From assembly GCA_963749075.1 (NCBI GenBank), contig CAVVLJ010000002.1:1-64000 (forward strand): a DNA stretch of 64,000 nt, given 5' to 3'. Both the position numbers and the translations under genes were made by a program. Under the pieces are notes generated by a model. The model saw nothing but the letters and a program-made list of their open reading frames with translations, did not search any database and was not told where the DNA came from. This document shows, one piece after another, positions 1-11,577 of the stretch. This stretch comes from an uncultured Pseudomonadota bacterium (GTDB lineage Bacteria > Pseudomonadota > Alphaproteobacteria > JACZXZ01). Position 1 is the stretch's first letter, and each line of letters opens with the position of its first letter.

Positions 1-127
1 GCCCGCGAGATCGCGCGCGCTTGAGGGGCGCGTATCCGGATACCGCAAATAGCATATGCTATGCGGTCAACAACCTCCTGTGGTAAGCTGGCGCGATCCT
101 CCACCAGCACAACCAAGGGAGTGCTCC

Positions 128-409
128 ATGCCGGACGATGCCAAGCCGAACGACCAACCTAGCACGCCATCAGAAGCCTCCTCCGCAAACGGCAGCGCGC
201 TCCTGTACGCGCCGGAATTCGCCATGGCCTCGCTCTATCAGAGCTACGCCCATTCGACGGGGCTGCTCTACGAGAACGCGGTCCAGGCCCAGCAGCAGCT
301 CGCCACCATCGCGCAGGTTGCGACGCTGGTGGGCGTGCTCGCTCTCTACGGGGTGGCGCCACAACCCGCTGCCGCCAAGAACGGCAGCGCCGCCCCTGCT
401 GCCCGCTGA
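128..409 (+). CDS. RebB-family R-body (killing trait) protein
   Basis: APEFAMASLYQSYAHSTGLLYENAVQAQQQ matches the RebB core (AP.MAM..LYQ..AHS.G...NAV..QQQ); AAGGGAG RBS before ATG 128. Confidence 0.8.
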   Translation: MPDDAKPNDQPSTPSEASSANGSALLYAPEFAMASLYQSYAHSTGLLYENAVQAQQQLATIAQVATLVGVLALYGVAPQPAAAKNGSAAPAAR

Positions 410-597
410 GGCTCGCATCGCTCCACTTGCGTCGCCGGCCTCGTGCTTAAGACGCTCGGCGGAGCATATTGTGAAGTGCCTGCGCACGGACCGGGACCAG
501 CCTCGCCGAGCCGCGATCTCCCCGCGTGCCAAGCCGGGGGCGCCGCGCTATAAAAGCCCGGCGGGGACGCCGCCCCCGCGAGAAGGGCGACACGCCA

Positions 598-2205
598 ATG
601 GCCGTGCTCAAATCGGCGCTCGACAGCCGCTCGGAGGAGTTCCGCCGCAACCGCGACGCGCTGGCGGCCGCCGTTGCCGACCTGCGCGCCAAGGTCGCCG
701 TTATCCGGGAGGGCGGCGGCACTGCTGCGCGGGAGAAGCATCTCGCGCGCGGCAAGCTCCTGCCGCGCGAGCGCGTGCGCGCCCTCCTCGACGCGGGCTC
801 GCCCTTCCTGGAGCTCAGCCAGCTCGCCGCCTACGGCATGTACGGCGGCGAGGTGCCGGCCGCCGGCATCCTGACCGGCATCGGCCGCGTGGCGGGGAGC
901 GAGTGCGTCGTCGTCGCCAACGACGCCACGGTCAAGGGCGGCACCTATTTCCCGATGACGGTGAAGAAGCACCTGCGCGCCCAGGAGATCGCGCGCGAGA
1001 ACCGGCTGCCCTGCATCTATCTCGTCGATTCGGGCGGCGCCAATCTGCCCACCTGGGACGAGGTCTTTCCCGACCGCGAGCACTTCGGCCGCATCTTCTA
1101 TAACCAGGCGACGCTCTCGGCCGCCGGCGTGCCGCAGATCGCGGTCGTGATGGGCTCCTGCACCGCGGGCGGCGCCTACGTGCCGGCCATGTCGGACGAG
1201 AGCGTCATCGTGCGCAACCAGGGCACCATCTTCCTCGGCGGGCCGCCGCTCGTGAAGGCGGCGACCGGCGAGGTGGTGACCGCCGAGGCGCTCGGCGGTG
1301 CGGACGTGCATGCGCGCACCTCGGGCGTCGTCGATCATTACGCCGAGAACGATCTCCACGCCCTCGCGGTAGCACGGCAAATCGTGGCCGACCTCAACCG
1401 CCGCAAGGAGGTGGGCCTGGCCCTCGCCGAGCCGGTGCCCCCGCTCTACGACGGCGAGGAGCTCTATGGCGTGGTGCCGAGCGACGTGCGCAAGCCCTAC
1501 GACGTGCGCGAGGTGATCGCACGCCTCGTCGACGGCTCCGTGCTCCACGAGTTCAAGCGGCTCTATGGCACCACGCTCGTCTGCGGCTTCGCGCACATCC
1601 ACGGCTATCCGGTCGGCATCGTGGCGAACAACGGCATCCTCTTCTCCGAATCGGCGCTCAAGGCGGCGCATTTCATCGAGCTCTGCTGCCAGCGCGGCAT
1701 CCCGCTCGTCTTCCTCCAGAACATCACCGGCTTCATGGTGGGGCGCAAATACGAGGCGGGCGGCATCGCGCGCGACGGCGCCAAGATGGTGACCGCGGTC
1801 GCCTCGGCGCGGGTGCCCAAGTTCACCGTCATCATCGGCGGCAGCTTCGGCGCCGGCAACTACGCCATGTGCGGCCGCGCCTACGGCCCGCGCTTCCTCT
1901 GGATGTGGCCCAACGCGCGCATCTCGGTAATGGGCGGCGAGCAGGCGGCGAGCGTGCTCGCGACGGTGCGCCGCGACAATATCGAGGCCAAGGGCGGCAG
2001 CTGGTCCAAGGAGGACGAAGAGGCCTTCAAGGCGCCGATCCGCGCCCAGTACGAGGAGGGCGGCCATCCCTATTACGCGAGCGCGCGCCTGTGGGACGAC
2101 GGCGTCATCGACCCCAAGGACACCCGCCGCGTGCTGGCACTCTCGCTCTCCGCAGCCCTCAATGCGCCGATCGAGGCGACCCGATTCGGCGTCTTCCGCA
2201 TGTAG
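598..2205 (+). CDS. mccB: 3-methylcrotonyl-CoA carboxylase, carboxyltransferase (beta) subunit
   Basis: [41 protein letters not shown]-terminus; clustered with alpha subunit and HMG-CoA lyase. Confidence 0.93.
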   Translation: MAVLKSALDSRSEEFRRNRDALAAAVADLRAKVAVIREGGGTAAREKHLARGKLLPRERVRALLDAGSPFLELSQLAAYGMYGGEVPAAGILTGIGRVAGSECVVVANDATVKGGTYFPMTVKKHLRAQEIARENRLPCIYLVDSGGANLPTWDEVFPDREHFGRIFYNQATLSAAGVPQIAVVMGSCTAGGAYVPAMSDESVIVRNQGTIFLGGPPLVKAATGEVVTAEALGGADVHARTSGVVDHYAENDLHALAVARQIVADLNRRKEVGLALAEPVPPLYDGEELYGVVPSDVRKPYDVREVIARLVDGSVLHEFKRLYGTTLVCGFAHIHGYPVGIVANNGILFSESALKAAHFIELCCQRGIPLVFLQNITGFMVGRKYEAGGIARDGAKMVTAVASARVPKFTVIIGGSFGAGNYAMCGRAYGPRFLWMWPNARISVMGGEQAASVLATVRRDNIEAKGGSWSKEDEEAFKAPIRAQYEEGGHPYYASARLWDDGVIDPKDTRRVLALSLSAALNAPIEATRFGVFRM

Positions 2206-2218
2206 TCGAAGTGGAGAA

Positions 2219-2300
2219 AACCACAAAGACACAAAGACACGAAGTCGAGTGCCGCGCGAAGGCGCGTTGTAAACCTTCGTGTCTTTGTGTCTTTGTGGTT
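2219..2300. repeat. Perfect 26-bp inverted repeat (AACCACAAAGACACAAAGACACGAAG ... CTTCGTGTCTTTGTGTCTTTGTGGTT)
   Basis: Arms 2219-2244 and 2275-2300 are exact reverse complements. Confidence 0.9.
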
Positions 2301-2328
2301 AAGCAACTTGCTTCAAAGATGGGATAGC

Positions 2329-4335
<2,007 letters not shown>

Positions 4336-4351
4336 GGAGGATGCGGCGCAT

Positions 4352-5260
4352 ATGACCCTGCCGAAGCGCGTCAAGATGGTCGAGGTGGGCCCGCGCGACG
4401 GGTTGCAGAACGAACCCATGAGCGTGCCGGCCGCGGTCAAGGCAGCGCTCATCGAGCGGCTCGCCGAGGCGGGCCTCGCGGTCGTCGAGGCGGGGAGCTT
4501 CGTCTCGCCCAAATGGATCCCCCAGATGGCCGACACCGGCGAGGTGCTCGCCCTCCTCCGCCGCAAGCCCGGAGTCTCCTATCCCGTGCTGGTGCCCAAC
4601 ATGACGGGCTATGCCGCAGCACGGGCGGCGGGGGTCGAGGAGATCGCCATCTTCGGCGCCGCCTCGGAGAGCTTCTCCCGGCGCAACATCAACTGCTCGA
4701 TCGCCGAGAGCCTTGAGCGCTTCGCGCCCGTGGCCGAGGCGGCCAAGCGCGACGGGTTGCTCCTGCGCGGCTACGTCTCCTGCGCGCTCGGCTGCCCCTA
4801 TGAGGGCGAGGTCGCGCCGGACGCGGTGGCGGAAGTGGCGGCCAAGCTCAAGGCGCTCGGCTGCTACGAGGTCTCGCTCGGCGACACCATCGGCGCCGGC
4901 ACGCCGGGGAAGGCGCAGGCGCTCGTCGACCGGGTGGCCGAGCGCGTGCCGCGCGCAGCGCTCGCCGTGCATTTCCACGACACCTACGGCCAGGCGCTCG
5001 CCAACATCCTCGCCTGCCTCGAGCGCGGCATCGCCGTGGTCGACAGCTCGGTCGCAGGCCTCGGCGGCTGCCCCTATGCCAAGGGCGCCTCGGGCAATGT
5101 GGCGAGCGAGGACGTTCTCTATATGCTGAGCGGGCTCGGCATCGCGACCGGCGTCGCCCTCGAGCCCCTCGTCGCCGCCGGCCGCTTCATCTCGGCCGAG
5201 CTCGACAAGCAGCCGGTCTCCAAAGTCTCCCAGGCGCTCGCCGGAAAGAGCGCCGCTTGA
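4352..5260 (+). CDS. hmgL: Hydroxymethylglutaryl-CoA lyase
   Basis: [37 protein letters not shown]. Confidence 0.93.
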   Translation: MTLPKRVKMVEVGPRDGLQNEPMSVPAAVKAALIERLAEAGLAVVEAGSFVSPKWIPQMADTGEVLALLRRKPGVSYPVLVPNMTGYAAARAAGVEEIAIFGAASESFSRRNINCSIAESLERFAPVAEAAKRDGLLLRGYVSCALGCPYEGEVAPDAVAEVAAKLKALGCYEVSLGDTIGAGTPGKAQALVDRVAERVPRAALAVHFHDTYGQALANILACLERGIAVVDSSVAGLGGCPYAKGASGNVASEDVLYMLSGLGIATGVALEPLVAAGRFISAELDKQPVSKVSQALAGKSAA

Positions 5261-5282
5261 GCCCCTCCTTCGCAAGGCAGCC

Positions 5283-5720
5283 GTGACCGTCAACATCGTC
5301 AAGCTCTGCGTCGGCTGCGACTCCGTCGAGGACCTCGCCAAATGGCAGAAGGCGCGGCTTGCCGCAATGCGGAAGCGCAATGCCAAGGCGCGGCTCAGGC
5401 ACGTGACGCGCAGCACGCCGAAGCGCCGCGTGGAGGTGCTCGACGGCGGCTCGCTCTATTGGGTGATCAAGGGCTATGTGCGCGTGCGCCAGCGCATCAT
5501 CGGGCTCAGGCCCGCGCGCAACGAGGAGGGCAAGGCGGCCTGCGCCATCGAACTCGCACCGCGCCTCGTCAAGACCCAGCTCGTCGCCTGGCGGCCCTTC
5601 CAGGGCTGGCGCTATCTCGAGCCCGAGGAGGCGCCGCCCGACCTGCCGAAGCACAGCCCGGGCGACGACGACCTGCCGCCCAAGCTCGCCGCGGCGCTGA
5701 GGGAGCTGGGACTGCTTTAG
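5283..5720 (+). CDS. DUF1489-family protein
   Basis: KLCVG.DSVEDL, TR..PKR..EVLDGGSLYWVIKG, RPFQGWRYL, LRELGLL. Confidence 0.85.
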   Translation: MTVNIVKLCVGCDSVEDLAKWQKARLAAMRKRNAKARLRHVTRSTPKRRVEVLDGGSLYWVIKGYVRVRQRIIGLRPARNEEGKAACAIELAPRLVKTQLVAWRPFQGWRYLEPEEAPPDLPKHSPGDDDLPPKLAAALRELGLL

Positions 5721-5725
5721 GGGAC

Positions 5726-6019
5726 CTACGCGGCACGCGGCTTGACCTCGGTCTCGAGACGATCGCCGAGAGTTTCGGCTGCCACCTCGAGCGCGAAATC
5801 GCGCTGCATGTTAAGCCAGAATTCCGGCGTGGTGCCGAAATAGCGCGCCAGGCGCAATGCCGTATCGCCGGTGATGCCGCGCCGCTCGGCCACGATGTCC
5901 TGAATTCGCGTGACGGGAACGCCAATGTCCTTGGCGAGGCGATAGGCGGTGATCTTGTGCGGCTTCATGAACTCCTCGCGAAGCTGCTCGCCCGGATGAA
6001 TCGGCGGAAGGTCGCGCAT
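5726..6019 (-). CDS. higA: HigA-family addiction module antitoxin (copy 2)
   Basis: PPIHPGEQLREEF, GITGDTALRLARYFGTTPEFWLNMQ. Confidence 0.9.
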   Translation of the reverse strand: MRDLPPIHPGEQLREEFMKPHKITAYRLAKDIGVPVTRIQDIVAERRGITGDTALRLARYFGTTPEFWLNMQRDFALEVAAETLGDRLETEVKPRAA

Positions 6020-6024
6020 GGCTC

Positions 6025-6066
6025 TCATCCTCGATGGTAGTCGACGATCTCGACATCGTCGTAACG
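6025..6066 (-). pseudogene. 3' remnant of a second higB toxin gene
   Basis: Minus strand reads YDDVEIVDYHRG-stop, matching the DVEIVDYH C-terminus of the intact HigB at 6422-6700. Confidence 0.65.
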
Positions 6067-6081
6067 TGCGTCAGCAAGCCG

Positions 6082-6411
6082 TCATGCCGAGGAACGGGGT
6101 GCGTCGCTTCCCAAGGAACGCTCCGTCTCGACCTCCCTGCGGACACGATCGCCGTGCTCTTGCTCGGCCTTCCACAGATCAAAGGCCTGCTGCATGACGA
6201 GCCAGAGCCGGGCACCCGTGCCGAGCGCCCGGCCGATGCGTAGAGCCGTCTCGGGGCTGATGGCGCGCCGGCCAGAGACGATCTCCTGGATGCGCTGAGG
6301 CGGCACCCGCAGCTTCAGGCCGAAGGCGGTGGCACTCAGCCCTCGCGCCTCCAGCTCCTCCTTCAGCACCAAGCCAGGGTGCACGCCGTGGAACGCCTTC
6401 GTCTCAGGCAT
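6082..6411 (-). CDS. higA: HigA-family antitoxin (copy 1)
   Basis: VHPGLVLKEEL, ISPETALRIGRALGT..RLWL.MQ..FDL; directly follows higB. Confidence 0.88.
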   Translation of the reverse strand: MPETKAFHGVHPGLVLKEELEARGLSATAFGLKLRVPPQRIQEIVSGRRAISPETALRIGRALGTGARLWLVMQQAFDLWKAEQEHGDRVRREVETERSLGSDAPRSSA

Positions 6412-6421
6412 CGGTTCCCTT

Positions 6422-6700
6422 CTAGTGGTAGTCGACGATTTCGACATCGTAAGCGTCTCCATCCTTGAACGTGAAGACAAGCCGCCATGGGCCATTCACC
6501 GTCATCGCCCACCTGCCCTCGCGATCGCCCTTGAGCTTGTGCAAGCCGATGGACGCGAGCGAGGGTATCTCCGCAAGCGTTGCGACCGCGTCGAGCAATT
6601 GGAGGCGCGCCATGGCCTTTTGCTCGTCGAGCCCCTTGAAACGCGATTTGCGCTGCTCGGCAAACTGCCGGGTCGCTGCGGTCTTCCAGCTCTTGATCAC
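6422..6700 (-). CDS. higB: HigB toxin (RelE/ParE superfamily)
   Basis: IKSW, LHKLKGDREGRWAMTVNGPWRLVFTF, DVEIVDYH; GTG start. Confidence 0.9.
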   Translation of the reverse strand: MIKSWKTAATRQFAEQRKSRFKGLDEQKAMARLQLLDAVATLAEIPSLASIGLHKLKGDREGRWAMTVNGPWRLVFTFKDGDAYDVEIVDYH

Positions 6701-6705
6701 GGTGA

Positions 6706-6734
6706 AGCATGCCATGTGTTGCATGGCACGTCAA
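6706..6734 (-). promoter_or_regulatory. Putative higBA promoter with operator palindrome
   Basis: TTGACG-17 bp-CATGCT on minus strand; TGCCATG-N5-CATGGCA inverted repeat (6710-6728) between the boxes; start codon 5 nt downstream (possibly leaderless). Confidence 0.6.
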
Positions 6735-6867
6735 ACGCGGCAAAGACTGCGACAAGGATCGTCGCGCATGTGGCGACTTATGCCGCTCGGACACGGCGAC
6801 TGCGCGCGATTGGCTCTGGGAGGTGTCCGGAGTATAGATTGGCGCGCATGAGCACATGGGGCCCCCG

Positions 6868-9800
6868 ATGCCGAACAACTCAGCCCAGCCGCCCATGATC
6901 TTCGCCGAGCCGCTGCCGTCCGCCGAGCCGGCGTGGGCGGCGCTTGCCGCCGCCTATCGCGCCGACGAGACGGAGGTCGTCGAGCGCCTGCTGGCCGAAC
7001 TCCAGCTTCCCTCGGACATGCTCGACCGCATCGCCGAGCGGGCGCGCGCGCTCGTCGCCGCGGTCAGACGCAAGCGCACGGGTCAAGGCGGGCTCGACGC
7101 CTTCCTTCACCAGTACGCGCTCTCGAGCCAGGAGGGCGTCGTGCTGATGTGCCTCGCCGAGGCGCTGCTGCGCATCCCCGATGCCGAGACCGCCGACCTC
7201 CTCATCCGCGACAAGCTGCGCCTGGCCGATTGGGAGCGCCATCTCGGCAAGAGCGAATCGCTCTTCGTCAATGCCTCGACCTGGGCGCTCATGCTCACCG
7301 GCCGCGTGATCCGCTTGGGGGATCACAAGGAGCGCGATCTCGGCGCCGTCTTCGGCCGCCTGGTGGCGCGGAGCGGCGAGCCCCTCATCCGCCAGGCCAT
7401 GATGCAGGCGATGCGCATCCTGGGCGGCCAATTCGTCATGGGGCGCACGATCGGCGAGGCGCTCGAGCGCGCCAAGGCGGAGGAGGGGCTCGGCTACCGC
7501 CATTCCTACGACATGCTGGGCGAGGCGGCGCGCACGGCGCGCGATGCGGAGCGCTACCTCGAGGCCTACGACCGTGCGATTGCGGCGATCGGCCAAGCGG
7601 CGGCGGGCCGCGGCCCCGTCGCCTCCCCCGGCATCTCGGTCAAGCTCTCGGCACTCCATCCGCGCTACGAGTTCGCCCAGCGCGGGCGCGTGCTCAAGGA
7701 GCTGGTGCCGCGCGTGCTCGCCCTTGCCCGGCACGCCCGCGAGGTGGGCATCGGCCTCACCATCGACTCCGAGGAGGCGGACCGCCTCGATCTCTCCCTC
7801 GAGGTCCTCGCCGCCCTCGCGCGCGACCGCAGCCTCGCCGGCTGGGACGGCCTCGGGATTGCCGTGCAGGCGTATCAGAAGCGTGCGCTCGCCCAGATCG
7901 ACTGGCTCGCGGCGCTGTCTCGCGGTGCCGGCCGCCGGCTCATGGTGCGCCTCGTCAAGGGCGCCTATTGGGACAGCGAGATCAAGCGCGCCCAGGAGCA
8001 CGGCCTCGACGGCTACCCCGTCTTCACGCGCAAGACGGCGACCGACGTCTGCTATCTCGCGGCGGCGCGGCGCGTGCTCTCGGCGCCCGACGCCTTCTAT
8101 CCCCAGTTCGCCACCCACAACGCCCATACGCTCGCGGCCGTCCTCGAATTTGCCGGCAACGAGCGGGGCTTCGAGTTCCAGCGCCTCCACGGCATGGGCG
8201 AAGCGCTCTATGAGGAGGTGGTGGGGAGCGCCAAGCTCAACGTCCCCTGCCGCATCTATGCCCCCGTGGGCAGTCACGAGGATCTGCTGCCCTATCTCGT
8301 GCGCCGCCTTCTCGAGAACGGCGCCAATACCTCCTTCGTCAACCGCATCGTCGACGAGGCGGCACCCATCGACGCCATCGTGGCCGATCCGGCGGCGCGC
8401 CTGCGCCGGCTCGCCAAGAAGCCCCATCCGCGCATTCCGCTGCCGCGCGCCCTCTTCCTCCCCGAGCGGCTCAATGCGCTGGGCCCCGACCTCTCGGACC
8501 CGGCTACTCTCGCGCTGCTCGCCTCGGAGATGGCGCGCGCGGCGGCCGAGCGCCACGAGGCGGGCCCCTTCATCGGCGGCTTGCGGCGGCCGGGCGCCGG
8601 CCGCCAGGTTTACGACCCGGCCGATCGCAGGCGCGTCATTGGCACGGTGTGCTGTAGCACCGAGGCCGACGTGGAGGAGGCGCTCGGGCGCGCGCACCGC
8701 GCCTTCCGCCGGTGGGACGAGACCGCGGCGGGCGAGCGCGCGGCAAGGCTCGAGCGCCTGGCCGAGCTCTACGAGCGCAACATGGCGGAGCTCATGGCGC
8801 TCGCCGTGCGCGAGGCGGGGAAGTGCATCCCCGACGCGCTCGCCGAGGTGCGCGAGGCCGCCGATTTCTGCCGCTACTACGCGCACCGCGCTCGGCTCGA
8901 GTTCGCGCAAGCCCAGGCGATGCCCGGCCCCACGGGCGAGCGCAACGAGCTCGCCCTCGCGGGCCGCGGCGTCTTCGCCTGCATCAGCCCGTGGAATTTC
9001 CCGCTCGCCATCTTCACCGGCCAGATCGCGGCGGCACTCGCCGCGGGCAATGCCGTGGTGGCCAAGCCCGCCGAGCAGACGCCGCTCATCGCCGCGCGCG
9101 CGGTCGAGCTCGCCTATCTTGCCGGCATCCCCGGCGATGCGCTGCAGCTCCTCCCCGGGCCGGGCGAGACGGTGGGTGCGGCACTCGTCGCCGACGCGCG
9201 CACGGCGGGCGTCGTCTTCACCGGCTCGACCGAGACCGCGCAGTCGATCCACCAGGCGCTCGCGGCGCGGCGCGGGCCGATCATCACGCTCATCGCCGAG
9301 ACGGGCGGGCAGAACGCCATGATCGTCGACAGCTCGGCCTTGCCCGAGCAGGTGGTGGGCGACGTGCTCGCCTCCGCCTTCCAGAGTGCGGGCCAGCGCT
9401 GCTCGGCGCTGCGCGTGCTCTTCGTGCAGGAGGAGCTGGCGCCGAAGCTCCTCGAGATGCTGGCGGGCGCCATCGACGAGCTCGCGGTGGGCGATCCCGG
9501 CCTGCTCGCGACCGACGTGGGGCCGGTGATCGACGAGGAGGCCAAGGCGACGCTCGAGGCGCACGCCCTGCGCATGGCGCGCGAGGGCCGCCTCATAGAG
9601 CGCGCACGGCTCGGCGAGGACGCGCGCAACGGCAGCTTCGTGGCCCCCGCCGCCTTCGAGATCGACGGCCTCGCCAGGCTCGAGCGCGAGGTCTTCGGCC
9701 CCATCCTCCACGTGGTGCGCTACAAGTCCGACCGGCTCGACGAGGTGATCGACGCGGTCAACGCCACGGGCTACGGCCTCACCCTCGGCGTGCACAGCCG

Positions 9801-10044
9801 CATCGACAGCACGATCGAGCACGTGGTAAAGCGCGCCCGGGTCGGCAACGCCTATGTCAACCGCAACATGATCGGCGCCGTCGTGGGCGTGCAGCCCTTC
9901 GGCGGCGAGGGCCTCTCGGGCACCGGGCCCAAGGCCGGCGGGCCGCGCTACCTCCACCGCTTCGCCGTCGAGCGCACGCTCAGCGTCAACACGACCGCGC
10001 AAGGCGGCAATGCCACGCTCATGTCGCTCGCCGAAGAGGACTGA
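6868..10044 (+). CDS. putA: Bifunctional proline dehydrogenase / P5C dehydrogenase
   Basis: EGVVLMCLAEALLRIPD, RLVKGAYWD, RRLLENGANTSF, ETGGQN, SAGQRCSALR; start uncertain (6856/6868/6895). Confidence 0.96.
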   Translation: MPNNSAQPPMIFAEPLPSAEPAWAALAAAYRADETEVVERLLAELQLPSDMLDRIAERARALVAAVRRKRTGQGGLDAFLHQYALSSQEGVVLMCLAEALLRIPDAETADLLIRDKLRLADWERHLGKSESLFVNASTWALMLTGRVIRLGDHKERDLGAVFGRLVARSGEPLIRQAMMQAMRILGGQFVMGRTIGEALERAKAEEGLGYRHSYDMLGEAARTARDAERYLEAYDRAIAAIGQAAAGRGPVASPGISVKLSALHPRYEFAQRGRVLKELVPRVLALARHAREVGIGLTIDSEEADRLDLSLEVLAALARDRSLAGWDGLGIAVQAYQKRALAQIDWLAALSRGAGRRLMVRLVKGAYWDSEIKRAQEHGLDGYPVFTRKTATDVCYLAAARRVLSAPDAFYPQFATHNAHTLAAVLEFAGNERGFEFQRLHGMGEALYEEVVGSAKLNVPCRIYAPVGSHEDLLPYLVRRLLENGANTSFVNRIVDEAAPIDAIVADPAARLRRLAKKPHPRIPLPRALFLPERLNALGPDLSDPATLALLASEMARAAAERHEAGPFIGGLRRPGAGRQVYDPADRRRVIGTVCCSTEADVEEALGRAHRAFRRWDETAAGERAARLERLAELYERNMAELMALAVREAGKCIPDALAEVREAADFCRYYAHRARLEFAQAQAMPGPTGERNELALAGRGVFACISPWNFPLAIFTGQIAAALAAGNAVVAKPAEQTPLIAARAVELAYLAGIPGDALQLLPGPGETVGAALVADARTAGVVFTGSTETAQSIHQALAARRGPIITLIAETGGQNAMIVDSSALPEQVVGDVLASAFQSAGQRCSALRVLFVQEELAPKLLEMLAGAIDELAVGDPGLLATDVGPVIDEEAKATLEAHALRMAREGRLIERARLGEDARNGSFVAPAAFEIDGLARLEREVFGPILHVVRYKSDRLDEVIDAVNATGYGLTLGVHSRIDSTIEHVVKRARVGNAYVNRNMIGAVVGVQPFGGEGLSGTGPKAGGPRYLHRFAVERTLSVNTTAQGGNATLMSLAEED

Positions 10045-11392
10045 GACGATCGGCAAGGCCGCCGCCTTCCTGGCGCTCGCTCTTCTCGTCTCGGCGCTGT
10101 GGCGCGCCCAGGGGGCGGAGAGCGTCAGCACGAGCGACGCCTACGAGCAGCCGCTCGGCGCCATGAGCGAGGCCGAGGCGAAGCGCTTTCAATTCGGCCG
10201 AGCGCTCTTCGAGCGCGACTGGGCGATCGCACCCGGGCCGGAGCCCGGCTTCGACGGCCTGGGGCCGCTCTTCGACCGCCTCTCCTGCGACGGCTGCCAC
10301 ACCCATGCCGGTGCCGGCGAGCCGCCGCGCGAGCCCGGCTTTCCCATGGTCTCCATGACGGTCAGGCTCGGCGTGCCGGGGCGCGACGCCCACGGCGGCC
10401 CGCTGCCGCACCCGGTCTACGGCGATCAGCTCGACCGCAACGCGGTGCCCGGCGTGCCGATCGAGGGCCGGGTCTCGGTGCGTTTCAGCGAAAGCGAGGG
10501 CCGCTACGCCGACGGCGAGCGCTACAGCTTGCGCACGCCCCATTACCGCTTCTCGAGGCTCGCCTTCGGCCCGCTCGGGCGAAGGGCGCTCTTCTCGGCA
10601 CGGGTGGCGCCGGCGCTCGTCGGGCTCGGCCTCCTCGCGGCGGTGCCCGACGCGGAGATCGAGGCGCTCGCCGCCGAGGAGAGCAGTGAGGGCGGCGTGC
10701 GCGGCCGGCCGAACCGCGTCTTCGACGTAGCAGGGAAGGCCATGCGCCTCGGCCGCTTCGGCTGGAAGGCGGGCGTGCCGAGCCTCCTGCAGCAGACCGC
10801 CAACGCCTTCAACCGCGACATCGGCATCACCAACCCGCTCTATCCCGAGAACGACTGCACCGCTGCGGAAACCGCCTGCTGGTTGGTTGCGGCCGCGGCA
10901 CCACGCCATCCCAAGATCGGCGACGATTTTCTCACTGCCGTGACTTTCTTCGTCGCCCGCCTGGCACCCCCCGGGCCAGGCAAGCCCGACGACCCGCAGG
11001 TGAAACGGGGTGCAGCGCTCTTCGAGGGGGCGGGTTGCGCCCTTTGCCACCGCCCGACGCTCGAGACGGGCGACGACCCCGATGCAGCGCTCGCGCACAA
11101 GACCATCCACCCCTATACGGACCTCCTCCTCCACGACATGGGCGCGGGCCTGGCCGACCGTCGTCCCGAGTATGGCGCCAGTGGGCGGAGCTGGCGCACG
11201 GCACCCCTCTGGGGCCTCGGCTTGAGCCGTAGCGTGGCCGGGCACGAGTTCCTGCTCCACGACGGCCGCGCCCGCGGGCCGGCCGAGGCGATCCTCTGGC
11301 ACGGCGGCGAGGCGGCGGCGGCGAAGGAGGCCTTCCGCCGCATGAGCCGCGGCGAGCGCGCAGCGCTGGTCGCGTTCCTGGAGCAGCTCTAG
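10010..11392 (+). CDS. Di-heme oxidoreductase family protein (DUF1111-like), exported
   Basis: GLGPLF..SCDGCH, GRFGWKA, GCALCH, YTDLLLHDMG, WRTAPLWG, LHDGRAR; signal-peptide-like N-terminus; start uncertain. Confidence 0.85.
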   Translation: MPRSCRSPKRTETIGKAAAFLALALLVSALWRAQGAESVSTSDAYEQPLGAMSEAEAKRFQFGRALFERDWAIAPGPEPGFDGLGPLFDRLSCDGCHTHAGAGEPPREPGFPMVSMTVRLGVPGRDAHGGPLPHPVYGDQLDRNAVPGVPIEGRVSVRFSESEGRYADGERYSLRTPHYRFSRLAFGPLGRRALFSARVAPALVGLGLLAAVPDAEIEALAAEESSEGGVRGRPNRVFDVAGKAMRLGRFGWKAGVPSLLQQTANAFNRDIGITNPLYPENDCTAAETACWLVAAAAPRHPKIGDDFLTAVTFFVARLAPPGPGKPDDPQVKRGAALFEGAGCALCHRPTLETGDDPDAALAHKTIHPYTDLLLHDMGAGLADRRPEYGASGRSWRTAPLWGLGLSRSVAGHEFLLHDGRARGPAEAILWHGGEAAAAKEAFRRMSRGERAALVAFLEQL

Positions 11393-11419
11393 GACCAAGA
11401 GTCATTGATGCGCAGCGCA

Positions 11420-11518
11420 CCCCCTCCCTAACCCTCCCCCTCAAGGGGGGAGGGGACTTGTATGGCATGGCAACAAACATCCCCCTCCCCCTTGAAGGGG
11501 GAGGGCGGGGAGGGGGTG
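11420..11518. repeat. REP-like paired palindrome, family A (AACCCTCCCCCTCAAGGGGGGAGGG)
   Basis: Two inverted CCCTCCCCCT/AGGGGGAGGG hairpins between convergent genes; related copies at 14234 and 59641. Confidence 0.8.
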
Positions 11519-11577
11519 ACGCACGCTTCATCGATGGTTGGTGATAGCGGCGAATCGCGGGCATCATTGGGCCAAGC

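Noticed and set aside
88-104. TGGCGC upstream of the reb gene as a sigma-54 promoter
   Set aside because: The -12 position reads CTCCA, lacking the conserved GC
6880-10131. Very long antisense or alternative-frame ORFs (e.g. 1083 aa opposite putA; 1188 aa at 33147-36713; 606 aa at 52238-54058)
   Set aside because: Shadow ORFs expected in high-GC DNA; they overlap well-supported genes and carry no recognisable motifs
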